Below, in pieces: positions 1 through 9,852 of a stretch of DNA of 64,000 nucleotides. The position numbers were made by a program, and so were the translations under genes. The stretch spans positions 3,008,001 to 3,072,000 of the forward strand of contig CAVXGK010000002.1 in the NCBI GenBank assembly GCA_963761305.1, given 5' to 3'. Under the pieces are notes generated by a model. That model saw only the letters and a program-made list of their open reading frames with translations. It did no database searches and was not told where the DNA came from. Positions within the stretch are counted from its first letter, which is position 1. Each line of letters opens with the position of its first letter. This DNA comes from an uncultured Gemmatimonadaceae bacterium (GTDB lineage Bacteria; Gemmatimonadota; Gemmatimonadetes; Gemmatimonadales; Gemmatimonadaceae).

Positions 1-248
1 CCGTTGAGCGGCTGCCCGTCGGCGATCTTCGGCACGTTGCCGCTGGCGAGCTTCTCGATCGAGCCGTTCACGACGCGCCAGTGCGCTGTCGGGACCGAGT
101 CGTACCCGAGCCCCCGCCAGCCGGTCAGCGTCTTCCCGTCGAAGAGCATCCGCCACCCCGCTGCCCGCTCGGCGGCGGTCAGCGTGTTCGTCTGAGCCGA
201 GAGCGGTGAGACAAGGGCAAGTATCAGAAGGCCGAGGGTGGTTCGCAT
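1..248 (-). CDS. DUF1080 (3-keto-disaccharide hydrolase-like) secreted protein, 5' part only; runs off the window start
   Basis: Not in the ORF track. Manual translation from ATG at 248 gives MRTTLGLLILALVSPLSAQTNTLTAAERAAGWRMLFDGKTLTGWRG..., a signal peptide plus the typical 'GW..LFDGK.L.GW' motif. Confidence 0.85.
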   Translation of the reverse strand, partial: MRTTLGLLILALVSPLSAQTNTLTAAERAAGWRMLFDGKTLTGWRGLGYDSVPTAHWRVVNGSIEKLASGNVPKIADGQPLN

Positions 249-323
249 GAGTTGACGATACGGGCGCGGCCCACGAGCGCAAGTTCGTGGTTCCGGGCGG
301 GCCTCTCTATCGGGACGCTCTCC

Positions 324-650
324 AACTGCTCGACGCAGAGACGCGGAGAGCGCAGAGAACGTAGAGGGTCGACTGAAGTCCGTCGCGCCGCGGGCGGGAT
401 CTTGGGAGGAATTGCCGCTCGCGACGCATCTCGCGCGACGACGCGCACGTCCACGTCGTGGCATCCTGAGCGGCCGTTCCCAAAAAAATCACGGCTCGTT
501 GTGCGAAGATGCCGGGCGGTTCTCTGTGGCCGTTCTCTGCGTTCTCTGCGTTCTCTGCGTTCTCTGCGTCTCTGCGTCTCTGCGTCTCTGCGTTGATCAG
601 TTGCAGTGCGCAGTTGTTCTGCCTGATCAGTTGCAGTGAGCAGTTGTTGT
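324..650. repeat. Nested palindromic intergenic element, family A (copy 1)
   Basis: Left arm aactgctcgacgcagagacgc; right arm tandem ctctgcgt(t) units then ctctgcgttgatcagtt; inner arms gccgctc/gagcggc. A ~25-bp direct repeat lies at 594-618 and 624-648. Homologous to 11178-11448 in reverse orientation. Confidence 0.8.
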
Positions 651-666
651 TTCAGCCGAACGAAAA

Positions 667-3600
667 TCAGTCCGCCGCGTCGCCGCTCGACTTTGCCAGC
701 TGGCCATCGACGGCGATCAGGGTCGCCGCCGCCGGAACTGGGACCAGCAGCTCGTCGCTGCGTTTCCGCTTTCCGAGGCGCGCGAGGAACGCCGAACCGC
801 GGTGGCTGGCTGCATCCATGTACGTGTAGAACACCGGCGTCACGTACAGCGTGATGAGCTGCGAGAACGCGAGGCCGCCCACGACCGCAACGCCGAGCGG
901 ACGCCGCGACTCGGACCCGGCGCCCGTCGAGACCGCGATGGGCAGCGTGCCCATGAGGGCCGCCATCGTCGTCATCATGATCGGCCGGAAGCGGATCAAG
1001 CACGCGTGCACGATCGCGTCGGCCGGAGTACGTCCCTCCGACCGCTCGGCCTCGAGCGCGAAGTCGATCATCATGATCGCATTCTTCTTCACGAGGCCGA
1101 CGAGCAGGATGATGCCGACGAACGCATAGACGCTCAAGTCGATCTTGAAGATCATCAGCGTGAGCAGGGCGCCGAATGCCGCGAACGGCAGACCCGAGAG
1201 AATCGTGATCGGGTGGATGAAGCTCTCGTAGAGCACGCCGAGCACCACGTAGATCACGAAGATCGCAATGCCAAGCAGCGCGAGCATGCCGGCCTGCGTC
1301 GACTGGAACGCCTGCGCGGTGCCGGAGAAGCCAGTGCTGATCGACGCCGGCAGCGTCTGGTTGGCGATCTTCTGCACCTCGTCGGTCGCCTGCCCGAGCG
1401 CGACGCCGGGACGGAGGTTGAACGACAGCGTTACCGATGGAAGCTGACCCGAGTGGTTGACGGTGAGCGCACCCGCGGTCTGCGTGATGTGGGCGACGCC
1501 GCTGAGCGGTACGAGCGCGCCGGTGTTGGAGCGGATGTACAACATGCTCATCGCCGACAGGTCCAGCTGATATTGCGGCAAGAGCTCCATCACGACCCAG
1601 TATTCGTTGTTGGGCGTGTAGATCGTGGACACCTGGCGTGATCCATACGCATCGTACAGCGCCGTTTCGATCTGGTTCGCCGACACGCCAAGTTGCGCGG
1701 CGCGCTCGCGGTCGATCTCGACGCTCGCTTGCGGATTCCCGAGCTGGAGGTCGGTGGTGACGTCTTGCAGTAGAGGTGATTTGCGCGCCTGGGCGACCAG
1801 CGCGTCGGCTGCCGGATACAGTGCCGCGATATCCGAGCTCTGCATCGTGAACTGGTACAAGCTCTTCGAGACGCGCCCGCCAATCTGGATCGGCGGCGGG
1901 TTCTGCATGTACACGACGATGCCGGGGATCCTGGCGAGCTTCGGCCGCAACTCCTTGATCATCTCGTCGACGTTCACGCGTTCATCACGCGGACGAAGGC
2001 CGATCAGCAGGCGGCCTTGGTTGGTCCCCGCTACCGTCGAGCTGCCGCCGATCGCCGAATAGAAGCCGGCGATGTTCGTGTCGGCCCGCAAGATCTCATT
2101 GACCTGTTGCTGGTGCGCGACCATGTCGTCGAACGACGTGCCCTGCGCCGTCTCCGTTGTCACGAAGAGCTGGCCGATGTCCTGGCTGGGAATGAACCCT
2201 TTCGGGATCAGCATGAAGAGAACGACGGTGCCGACGAGAATCGCGAACGAGAACGCCATCGAGAGCGGGCGGTGGTTCATCACCCATTCGAGGCTTCCCT
2301 TGTACTTGCCGAGCAGCCAGTCGTAGCCGGCTTCGGTGGCCTGGTACGCGCGTCCGTGCGTTTCCCCGTGCTCGTGCGGCCGCAGGAAGCGGCTCGACAG
2401 CATCGGCGTCAGCGTAAGCGAGACGAAGCCCGAGACGAGAATCGACACGGCGATGACGACGGCGAACTCGTGGAACAGTCTCCCGACGATCCCTCCCAAG
2501 AACAGAATTGGGATAAAAACGGCGGTCAGCGAGATCGTCATGGACAAGATGGTAAATCCGACCTCCGCGGCACCGTCCATCGCGGCGCGCATCGGCGGTT
2601 TCCCCATTTCCATGTGGCGGACGATGTTCTCGAGCATCACGATCGCGTCGTCGACCACGAAGCCGACGGCGAGCGTGAGCGCCATCAGCGACAGATTGTC
2701 CAGACTGTAGTCGAGCGTATACATCACGGCGAACGTGCCGATCACCGAGATTGGCAGCGCGAGACTCGGGATCAGCGTCGCCGAGACGTTGCGCAGGAAC
2801 ACGAAGATCACGGCGATGACGAGGCACAGCGTCAGCACGAGCGTGAACTTTACGTCCGCCACCGACTCGCGGATCGTCGCCGCGCGGTCGTACATCAGCG
2901 TCATGTTGACGCTTGCCGGGATCTGCTTCTGCAGCTTCGTCATCTCGGCTTTCACGGCGTCGGCGACCGCCACCGTGTTGGTGCCGGGCTGACGCTGAAC
3001 GGCCAGGATGACGCCGCGCGTGCTCTCGCCCTTCTCGGCGAACCACGCGATCGACTTGTTGTTCTGAATGTCGTCGAGCACCTGACCGATGTCGCCGAGG
3101 TGCACCGGCGCGCCGTTCCGATACGTGACGACCAGCCGGCTGAACGATGCCGCGTTCATGAGCTGGCCGTTGGCCTGGACCGTGTACGCCTTGTTCGGTC
3201 CGTTGAGCACGCCCGTCGGCAGGTTGACGTTCTGATTGTTGACCGCGTCGGCGACTTCGTCGATGCCGATCTGCCGGCTCGCGAGCAGGTTTGGGTCGAG
3301 CTGGATGCGGACCGCGTATTGCGCCGATCCGTACACGTTCACTTGCGCGACGCCCGGGATCATCGAGATGCGCTGCGCCATGAACGTTTCGGCGTAGTCG
3401 TCGAGCTTGGAGATCGGCATCAGGCTCGACGTGAATCCGTAGAACACGATCGGCTGGTCGGCCGGATTCACCTTCTGGTACGACGGCGGGATGATGCCCG
3501 GCGGCAGATTCTTGAGCGTCTTGGCGATCATCGCCTGAACGTCCTGCGCCGCGCCGTCGATGTTTCGGTCGAGCGAGAACTGAATCGTGATGTTGCACGC

Positions 3601-3861
3601 GCCAAGGCTCGACGTCGACGTCATGTTGTCGATGCCGGCGATCGTCGAGAACTGCTTCTCCAGCGGAGTGGCGACCGCGGACGCCATCGTCTCCGGGCTC
3701 GCACCGGGCAACGAGGCGCTGACCGTGATGGTCGGGTAATCGACCGTCGGGAGGTCGCTCACCGGCAGTCGCTTGTACGCCGTGATGCCGAAGAACAGAA
3801 TGCCCGTCATCACGAGAACCGTGGTGACGGGCCGCCGGATGAACAGTTCGGAGAGATTCAT
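667..3861 (-). CDS. RND efflux transporter permease subunit (AcrB/MdtB/MdtC family)
   Basis: 1064 aa; MNLSELFIRRPV start; GFVVDDAIVMLENI and RFRPIMMTT motifs. Confidence 0.95.
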   Translation of the reverse strand: MNLSELFIRRPVTTVLVMTGILFFGITAYKRLPVSDLPTVDYPTITVSASLPGASPETMASAVATPLEKQFSTIAGIDNMTSTSSLGACNITIQFSLDRNIDGAAQDVQAMIAKTLKNLPPGIIPPSYQKVNPADQPIVFYGFTSSLMPISKLDDYAETFMAQRISMIPGVAQVNVYGSAQYAVRIQLDPNLLASRQIGIDEVADAVNNQNVNLPTGVLNGPNKAYTVQANGQLMNAASFSRLVVTYRNGAPVHLGDIGQVLDDIQNNKSIAWFAEKGESTRGVILAVQRQPGTNTVAVADAVKAEMTKLQKQIPASVNMTLMYDRAATIRESVADVKFTLVLTLCLVIAVIFVFLRNVSATLIPSLALPISVIGTFAVMYTLDYSLDNLSLMALTLAVGFVVDDAIVMLENIVRHMEMGKPPMRAAMDGAAEVGFTILSMTISLTAVFIPILFLGGIVGRLFHEFAVVIAVSILVSGFVSLTLTPMLSSRFLRPHEHGETHGRAYQATEAGYDWLLGKYKGSLEWVMNHRPLSMAFSFAILVGTVVLFMLIPKGFIPSQDIGQLFVTTETAQGTSFDDMVAHQQQVNEILRADTNIAGFYSAIGGSSTVAGTNQGRLLIGLRPRDERVNVDEMIKELRPKLARIPGIVVYMQNPPPIQIGGRVSKSLYQFTMQSSDIAALYPAADALVAQARKSPLLQDVTTDLQLGNPQASVEIDRERAAQLGVSANQIETALYDAYGSRQVSTIYTPNNEYWVVMELLPQYQLDLSAMSMLYIRSNTGALVPLSGVAHITQTAGALTVNHSGQLPSVTLSFNLRPGVALGQATDEVQKIANQTLPASISTGFSGTAQAFQSTQAGMLALLGIAIFVIYVVLGVLYESFIHPITILSGLPFAAFGALLTLMIFKIDLSVYAFVGIILLVGLVKKNAIMMIDFALEAERSEGRTPADAIVHACLIRFRPIMMTTMAALMGTLPIAVSTGAGSESRRPLGVAVVGGLAFSQLITLYVTPVFYTYMDAASHRGSAFLARLGKRKRSDELLVPVPAAATLIAVDGQLAKSSGDAAD

Positions 3862-5012
3862 GGCGTTGCCCCACTGCCAGCTTGAACCGCGGATGCCGAC
3901 GCCGATGTGCTCGGCGCCGCCTTTATGTCGACCCGCGCGTTCGGCGTCAAACGCGATTGCCCGTCGATGACGACTTGCTCACCGGGCTCCAGGCCCTTGT
4001 CGATCGTCGTCATGTCGCCGGTGCCCACGGATCTCCCCACGGACACTTGCCGCACTTTGGCGATGCGGTCGTTCCCGACGACGAACACGTAGTTGCCTTG
4101 CTGCCCGGCGAGTACGGCGCGCGTCGGTACGGCGATGACACCAGCCTGAACTTCCAGTTCCACGCTGACGCGAAGCGCTTCGCCCGGCCACAACACGTTC
4201 TTCGGATTCTGGAATCGGGCCTTGGCGCTCACGCTGCCGGTGAGGGAATCCACCGCGTTGTCGAGAAATGCCAGCGTACCGGTCTCGTCGATCGCGCCGC
4301 TGTCGGCCGCGACCACGCGAACCGGCACGGGCCCGCGAGTCATGCGTCGCTGCAGTGCCGGGAAATCGTGCTGCGTGACCGGGAAGCGCACCAGGATCGG
4401 ACGAATCTGATTGATCACGACGAGCGCGTCGCTGTTCGCCCGGACCAGGTTGCCGCGCCGCACGAGAAGCCTCCCCGTACGTCCCGTGATCGGCGACCGG
4501 ATCGTGGCGTACTCGAGATTCAGCCGCGCGTTTTCCATCGCCGCCTTGTCCGCGAGCACCGTTGCCTGCATCGACGCTGCTGCCGACTCGGCCTGATCGG
4601 CCTGCGACTTGGTGACGTAATCCTTCTCGACGAGCGCCTTGTACCGCTCGGCGTCTCGCTGGAGCGATTGCGCCTGCGCCTGATCTCGCACCAATGTCGC
4701 GTCTGCCTGACGCAAACTGGCGGCGAACGGACGCGCGTCGAGCTTGAACAGGACCTGGCCGGCCTGAACTTCGTCGCCCTCGTTGAACATGACGCTGTCG
4801 AGCGCACCGCCGATCTGCGACAGAACGGACACCGTCTGCATCGGCTCGACGACGCCGTTCGCCTCGATTGTCAGCGGAGCGGAAATTTTGCTCGCCGACG
4901 CCACTTGAACCGGAATCGCCGGCGCCGCCTGCGCGGGCGGCTTGGAGCACGCTGCCCCCAGGACGACGAGCGCGACGAGCACGTTGCGAGCGGACGTGAG
5001 TCGGGACGTCAT
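3858..5012 (-). CDS. RND periplasmic adaptor (MdtA-like membrane fusion lipoprotein)
   Basis: Start reassigned to ATG 5012 (MTSRL...LGAAC lipobox), overlapping the upstream stop (TGATG). Motifs EGDEVQAGQVLFKLD and YATIRSPITGRTG. Confidence 0.92.
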   Translation of the reverse strand: MTSRLTSARNVLVALVVLGAACSKPPAQAAPAIPVQVASASKISAPLTIEANGVVEPMQTVSVLSQIGGALDSVMFNEGDEVQAGQVLFKLDARPFAASLRQADATLVRDQAQAQSLQRDAERYKALVEKDYVTKSQADQAESAAASMQATVLADKAAMENARLNLEYATIRSPITGRTGRLLVRRGNLVRANSDALVVINQIRPILVRFPVTQHDFPALQRRMTRGPVPVRVVAADSGAIDETGTLAFLDNAVDSLTGSVSAKARFQNPKNVLWPGEALRVSVELEVQAGVIAVPTRAVLAGQQGNYVFVVGNDRIAKVRQVSVGRSVGTGDMTTIDKGLEPGEQVVIDGQSRLTPNARVDIKAAPSTSASASAVQAGSGATP

Positions 5013-6493
5013 CACCGCGGCCTCACGTTCGGCAGCGGCGTGAAGGTGTCGAAGCTCGTGTCGCCGCGTGCGTTCAACACGCCGACGTCGTGGGCGAGTT
5101 GTGCGAGCGACGTGCGCCACTGCCAGCGCGTGTCGACGTCCTGAGCGCGGGCCGTTGCCAGCGCCGATTGCGCGACGAGGAGATCGACGATGCTCCCGAC
5201 GCCTTCCTTGTACCGGCCTCGCGCCACGGACTCGGATTGAACCGCGCTGGCGAGGAGATCATGCGCCGTCCGAACGCGGTCGGTGGCCGTTCGCATCGTG
5301 TAGTAGGAAGTGAACACCTGCTGAATGACCTGCTGTCGAGTGGCTTCCGTGCGTGCCACAGCGGCCTGATACTGCTCGTTGGCCGCCGCGATGTCGTACT
5401 GATTCGAGTTCCCGGTGAACACGGGCATCTGCACGCCGATGGTGAGCGCGTACGAGTTGCCGGCGAATCCCGCCACGTTCGATGCGGCGTTCCCGCCGAC
5501 GGCCGAAAATGCGAGTGCCGGTAGATACCCCGATCGCGCCACCTTGATCTGCGAGGAGGCCGCGGCTGCCTGAGCGCGCGCTCCGGCCAACTCCGGACGG
5601 TTGCGGATCGCGAGGTCGATCAGCGAATCCACCGACTGCGCCACGAAGAACACCGAGTCGGTCGCCGGGACGTCGGGGATCTCGAACGGTGTGTTCGCGG
5701 CCAGCCCCATCGCGACGGCGAGGGCGCCGCGCGCGACCTGCTGCTGACCCTCATCGGTCTCCAGGTCGAGTTCGGCTTGCGACCGGGCGGTCTGCGCCTG
5801 AAGCACGTCCGCGATCGTCGCGAGCCCGACGCGATGTCGTTCGCTCGCTGCGTCGAGCGCGGCGGTCGCGAGATCGACGGCGGACTGCTGGGCGTCCCGC
5901 AGGGCGCGCGCCGAGAGGTACGCGAATGCCGCGCTCTCGACCTGGAGGATCGTGGTCTCGACCGTCGAGTTGTGTGTGAGGTCGGCCGCGACGGCGGTTT
6001 GCCGCGCGACGTCGATCGAACCGGAACGGCCGCCGAAATCGAGCACGGTGTACGTCAGCGTGAGCGTCGGGCCGAGTTGGGCGTGCGTCGTCGGTGGACG
6101 TCCCACCGCACCGATCACTTGCTGCTGACTCGCCGCCACGCCGGCAGCGATCGTCGGGAAGAGGCGGCCTTGGTTCGAGCCGTAGACGTCCGCGCTGGCC
6201 CGCGCCTGCAACCAGGTATTCCGCGTTACCGGACTGTTACGAAGGGCGATGTCGACGACCTCGGCGACACTGAGGTGTTGCAACTCGGCCGCGGTGGGAA
6301 CGCCGATGACGGGCGGCGGCGGATGTTTCGCGTCACGCGCCGCCGCGGCGACGACACTCGACGACGGAGCCCACAAGGACGCGGCGCTGGCCGGTGTCGG
6401 GGCGGCGCCGTCGATCGACGGCGCGGAATGGACGCACGCCGTACCGATCAGAAGATAAGCAAATGCGAATAGGGATCTGGTCGTGGCCTTCAC
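5012..6493 (-). CDS. TolC-family outer membrane efflux protein
   Basis: C-terminal 493 aa of ORF 5012..7954. GTG start at 6493 overlaps the upstream stop (GTGA). Lipobox-like IGTAC and two OEP repeats (RHRVGLATIADVLQAQ; RYKEGVGSIVDLLVAQ). Confidence 0.9.
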   Translation of the reverse strand: MKATTRSLFAFAYLLIGTACVHSAPSIDGAAPTPASAASLWAPSSSVVAAAARDAKHPPPPVIGVPTAAELQHLSVAEVVDIALRNSPVTRNTWLQARASADVYGSNQGRLFPTIAAGVAASQQQVIGAVGRPPTTHAQLGPTLTLTYTVLDFGGRSGSIDVARQTAVAADLTHNSTVETTILQVESAAFAYLSARALRDAQQSAVDLATAALDAASERHRVGLATIADVLQAQTARSQAELDLETDEGQQQVARGALAVAMGLAANTPFEIPDVPATDSVFFVAQSVDSLIDLAIRNRPELAGARAQAAAASSQIKVARSGYLPALAFSAVGGNAASNVAGFAGNSYALTIGVQMPVFTGNSNQYDIAAANEQYQAAVARTEATRQQVIQQVFTSYYTMRTATDRVRTAHDLLASAVQSESVARGRYKEGVGSIVDLLVAQSALATARAQDVDTRWQWRTSLAQLAHDVGVLNARGDTSFDTFTPLPNVRPR

Positions 6494-7851
6494 GGTTTCC
6501 TGACTGGTCCTGCTTGCGTTGCTTGCGGCGGTTCGCCGCCCCCACCGGGTTTCGGCTTCGCCGGCGTCGGCTGAACCGTTCCGCTGGGTTGACCCGCTTG
6601 CGTGCCGGCCGCGCCTACCTGTTGCGGCGCGGCGACCGTCGCCGCGGGACGGCGGATGTTCGTCGCGAGCCGAAGGGTCGGGGGAATCGCCGGCCTGCCC
6701 ATGATGATTGCACCCAGCATCACGACTTTGTCGCCTTCCTTGAGCCCGTCGGTGATCGACTGCACCCGAAGATCGGTGGGGCCGGTCTTCACGAGGCGCA
6801 TCTCGAACGACCCGTCGGGCAAGGCGACGACGACGTATCGACCCGGCACGCCGGTCGTTCCCTCGGTGCCGAGCAGGTCTTTCCGCATCTGACTCGTGAT
6901 CGTGTCGACGGAGAGACCGAACATGCGGGCGACGGGCGCGAGCTCGTTGGTCGGGCGAATCGCGTCGATCGGGATCTGAAGCACCTGCGAAAGGTCGGCG
7001 GCGCGGATCGTCACCTCGCCGTTCATGCCGGGCATGAGCAGTCCTTCCTTGTTGCTGATGCTCACCAGCGCCTGGAAGAACGTCACGCCCTGTGTCACGA
7101 CAGCCTGGGGCTCGACCTTCTCGACGATGCCATCGAAGACATGGTCGGGGAACGCGTCGACGGCGACGGTCGCCGATTCGTTCACGCGCACGTTCGCCAT
7201 CTCGACCTCGTCGATCGTGACCCGCATTCGGACGCGGCCAAGGTCGGCGATGGTCATCAAGGTCGTGCCGCCGCTGGCACCCGTGGCCGACGTAATGATC
7301 GTGCCCTTGCTCACGGGAAGACTCACGATCGTCCCGCTGAGCGGCGCCTCGACCGTGGCGTCCTCGAGCGCTTGCCGCGCCAAGTCGAGAGCGGCTCGGC
7401 TGTTGACCAGATCCGCCTGCGCCGAGGTGAGCGTCGACTGACTGCTGTCGTGCTCCGAGGCCGTGATCACGTGTCGCGCGAACAACGAATCTTCGCGGTG
7501 CTGATCCTTGATGGTCTTCTGAAGCGTCGTGTATGAGACGACGTCGTCGGCAGCAGCCTGATTGAATTCGTTCTGGACGTTGCGGGGATCGATTTTGACG
7601 ATCTCTTGCTCCTTCTTGACGACCGACCCGACTTCCACCGGCAGATCGGTGATCTGACCCTCGGCTCTCGACTTGACGTCGACCGGATTGATCGGTTCGA
7701 CCGTACCGGTGGCTTGAACGCGAACGGCGATGTTGCCGCGCAGTACCGAAGTGGTCGGCAGCGCGGCCTGTTCGGCCTTCTTGCTCTCGCAGGCGGCCAA
7801 CAGCACGACAGCGGCCGCGGCGGCGAGGAACGGGATACGTCGAACTGGCAT
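6490..7851 (-). CDS. Second efflux periplasmic adaptor (MacA/HlyD-like lipoprotein)
   Basis: ATG at 7851 (MPVRR...LLAAC); VQATGTVEP, VEAPLSG, LMTIADL and LMPGMN motifs. Confidence 0.88.
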   Translation of the reverse strand: MPVRRIPFLAAAAAVVLLAACESKKAEQAALPTTSVLRGNIAVRVQATGTVEPINPVDVKSRAEGQITDLPVEVGSVVKKEQEIVKIDPRNVQNEFNQAAADDVVSYTTLQKTIKDQHREDSLFARHVITASEHDSSQSTLTSAQADLVNSRAALDLARQALEDATVEAPLSGTIVSLPVSKGTIITSATGASGGTTLMTIADLGRVRMRVTIDEVEMANVRVNESATVAVDAFPDHVFDGIVEKVEPQAVVTQGVTFFQALVSISNKEGLLMPGMNGEVTIRAADLSQVLQIPIDAIRPTNELAPVARMFGLSVDTITSQMRKDLLGTEGTTGVPGRYVVVALPDGSFEMRLVKTGPTDLRVQSITDGLKEGDKVVMLGAIIMGRPAIPPTLRLATNIRRPAATVAAPQQVGAAGTQAGQPSGTVQPTPAKPKPGGGGEPPQATQAGPVRKP

Positions 7852-8038
7852 GGGCTTCGGTGGGGGAGCTTTCCGGGTCACGAGAAAACTTACGCGCCGG
7901 GGAGAGGATTGGAACGAAACGGCGCCCCCCGAACGGAGGCGCCGCCGCGTTCATCTATAAGGTGGTACGCGTGGGAGAGGGGGGATGTTGAGCCTCTTAA
8001 CGGCCCCGATCCACCGATCTACCGGCCCACCTTTCCGC

Positions 8039-9667
8039 CTAGTGCCCCGCACCGGCCGGGGCTTGACCTTTCGGGCGCCGGAGGATCAAAATGGCCGGCG
8101 CAATCAACACGAACGTCGCCAGGATCAACATCCACGCGTCGTTGTAGCTCAGCATCGTGGCCTGGCGCATGAGCGACGCATCGAGGATCGCCAACGCACC
8201 CTGTTTAGCCTGCGTGGCGGAAAAGCCCTTCGCCATGAGGCCGGCGACCGTCGCGTTCTGGCGCGCGACGAACGCGGGGTTCTCGATGTACGTGTTGGCC
8301 GTCAGCACCGCGCGGTGCATCGCGACCTGGCTGTCGAGGTACGTGGTGATGATCGCGATGCCGAACGACCCGCCGAGCTGTCGCGCCAGATTGATCAACC
8401 CCGACGCCTGTTGTGCCTGGCTCGGCTTGAGGTTCGCGTAGGCGACGTTGTTGATCGGCGTGAACAGGAAGCCCAGCCCGAGTCCGCGGATGATCAGCGC
8501 GTACCGGGCTTCGGGCTCGCCGGCGTCGACGGTCAGATGTCCGAGGCGCCACATCGCCACCACGAACAGCGACACACCGATGTAGATCAGGATTCGCGCG
8601 TCGACCAGGGGCTTGGCGCCGGTGAGCAACCGCCCGCACACGATCGCCGCCACTGCCGTGGCGATACCGCCCGGCATGAGCGTAAGCCCGGTCTGGGTGG
8701 GCGTGAAATGCAGCAGGTTCTGAGTGAACAGCGGGAACAGGAACACGCCGCCGTACAGGCCGAAGCCCAGCGCGATGAACAGGAAGAGCGAACCCGCGAG
8801 GTCGCGGTTCTTGAGTACGTGAAAATCGATGACTGGATGCTTGTTTCGCGGTGATAGCTCCCACCACAGCATGGCCGCCAGCGACACCCCCGCGATGATG
8901 CTCAGCCGGATGATCAACGTGTCGTTGAACCAGTCCTTCTCCCGGCCCTCCTCGAGCACATACTGGAGCGACGCGAGCCCGATCGTGAGCAGCGAGATTC
9001 CCGCCCAGTCGATCGACTGCGGCTTCTTTCGCATGCCGGGCGGATCGTGCAGAAAGCCCGTGACCAGGAACGTGGCCACGATGCCGATCGGCACGTTGAT
9101 GAAAAAGACCCAGCCCCAGTTGTAGTTGTCGGTGATCCACCCGCCGAGCGTCGGGCCGAGCGTCGGCGCGACGATGATGCCGAGGATGAAGATGGCCTGC
9201 ACCATCCCCTGCTCTTCGCGCGGGAAGATCTGACGGAGCGTCGCCTGCGCGGTCGACAAGAGCGCCGCGCCGCCCGCGCCCTGCACCACGCGCCACAATA
9301 TGAGCTCGCCGAGGCTGTGCGACGTGCCGCAGAGGAACGACGCGACCACGAACAGGATGATCGATCCAGTGAGGTAGTTCTTGCGCCCGAACGTCGCCGT
9401 GAAGAACGCGGTCATCGGCAGCACGACCACGTTCGACAGGATGTAGCCGGTGCTCACCCACGCGATCTCCTGGATCGTCGCGCCGAGGTTTCCCGCCATC
9501 TGCGGCAGCGCGACGTTGATGATCGTCGTGTCCAGCACTTCCATGATCGCGGCAGTGATGAGACCGAGCAGGATGATCCACCGGTACTGATCACCTTGCT
9601 CGTGTTCCTGCGCCTCACCACGCGCCCCGATCGTGCGCTCGTTCTTGCCAACAGCAGATGTCGCCAT
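8039..9667 (-). CDS. DHA2 family MFS efflux permease (EmrB/QacA-like)
   Basis: MEVLDTTIINVALP motif D1, WVSTGYILS, WRVVQGAGG, GPTLGGWITDNYNWGWVFFINVPIG. Confidence 0.95.
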   Translation of the reverse strand: MATSAVGKNERTIGARGEAQEHEQGDQYRWIILLGLITAAIMEVLDTTIINVALPQMAGNLGATIQEIAWVSTGYILSNVVVLPMTAFFTATFGRKNYLTGSIILFVVASFLCGTSHSLGELILWRVVQGAGGAALLSTAQATLRQIFPREEQGMVQAIFILGIIVAPTLGPTLGGWITDNYNWGWVFFINVPIGIVATFLVTGFLHDPPGMRKKPQSIDWAGISLLTIGLASLQYVLEEGREKDWFNDTLIIRLSIIAGVSLAAMLWWELSPRNKHPVIDFHVLKNRDLAGSLFLFIALGFGLYGGVFLFPLFTQNLLHFTPTQTGLTLMPGGIATAVAAIVCGRLLTGAKPLVDARILIYIGVSLFVVAMWRLGHLTVDAGEPEARYALIIRGLGLGFLFTPINNVAYANLKPSQAQQASGLINLARQLGGSFGIAIITTYLDSQVAMHRAVLTANTYIENPAFVARQNATVAGLMAKGFSATQAKQGALAILDASLMRQATMLSYNDAWMLILATFVLIAPAILILRRPKGQAPAGAGH

Positions 9668-9852
9668 CTCGTCGTTGATTTTGGGGATCAGTGCCGCGGC
9701 GGCGGGTCGCCCGTCGACCCGCCGCGTGCTACAATCATCGCGCCCGCGTTCTCCGGCCGTGGCCGGTGTGGGGCTCGATCAAATCTCGCGACGTGGACAA
9801 CCGTTATGGCCCGTCTGTTCGATTTTTCGCCAAACGTCCCGGCCCCCCGCTC

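Noticed and set aside
520..650. Short repeats here and at 15811-15875 as a CRISPR array
   Set aside because: Units are 8-9 nt and contiguous, with no unique spacers and no cas genes.
2017..3885. Long antisense or alternate-frame ORFs (e.g. 2017..3885, 13607..15925, 22603..24855, 53787..56594)
   Set aside because: They shadow well-supported genes, are Arg/Ala/Gly-rich without motifs, and are expected in high-GC DNA.
5012..7954. 980-aa ORF as an adaptor-TolC fusion
   Set aside because: Its N-half is an off-frame read of the adaptor gene. TolC starts at GTG 6493.
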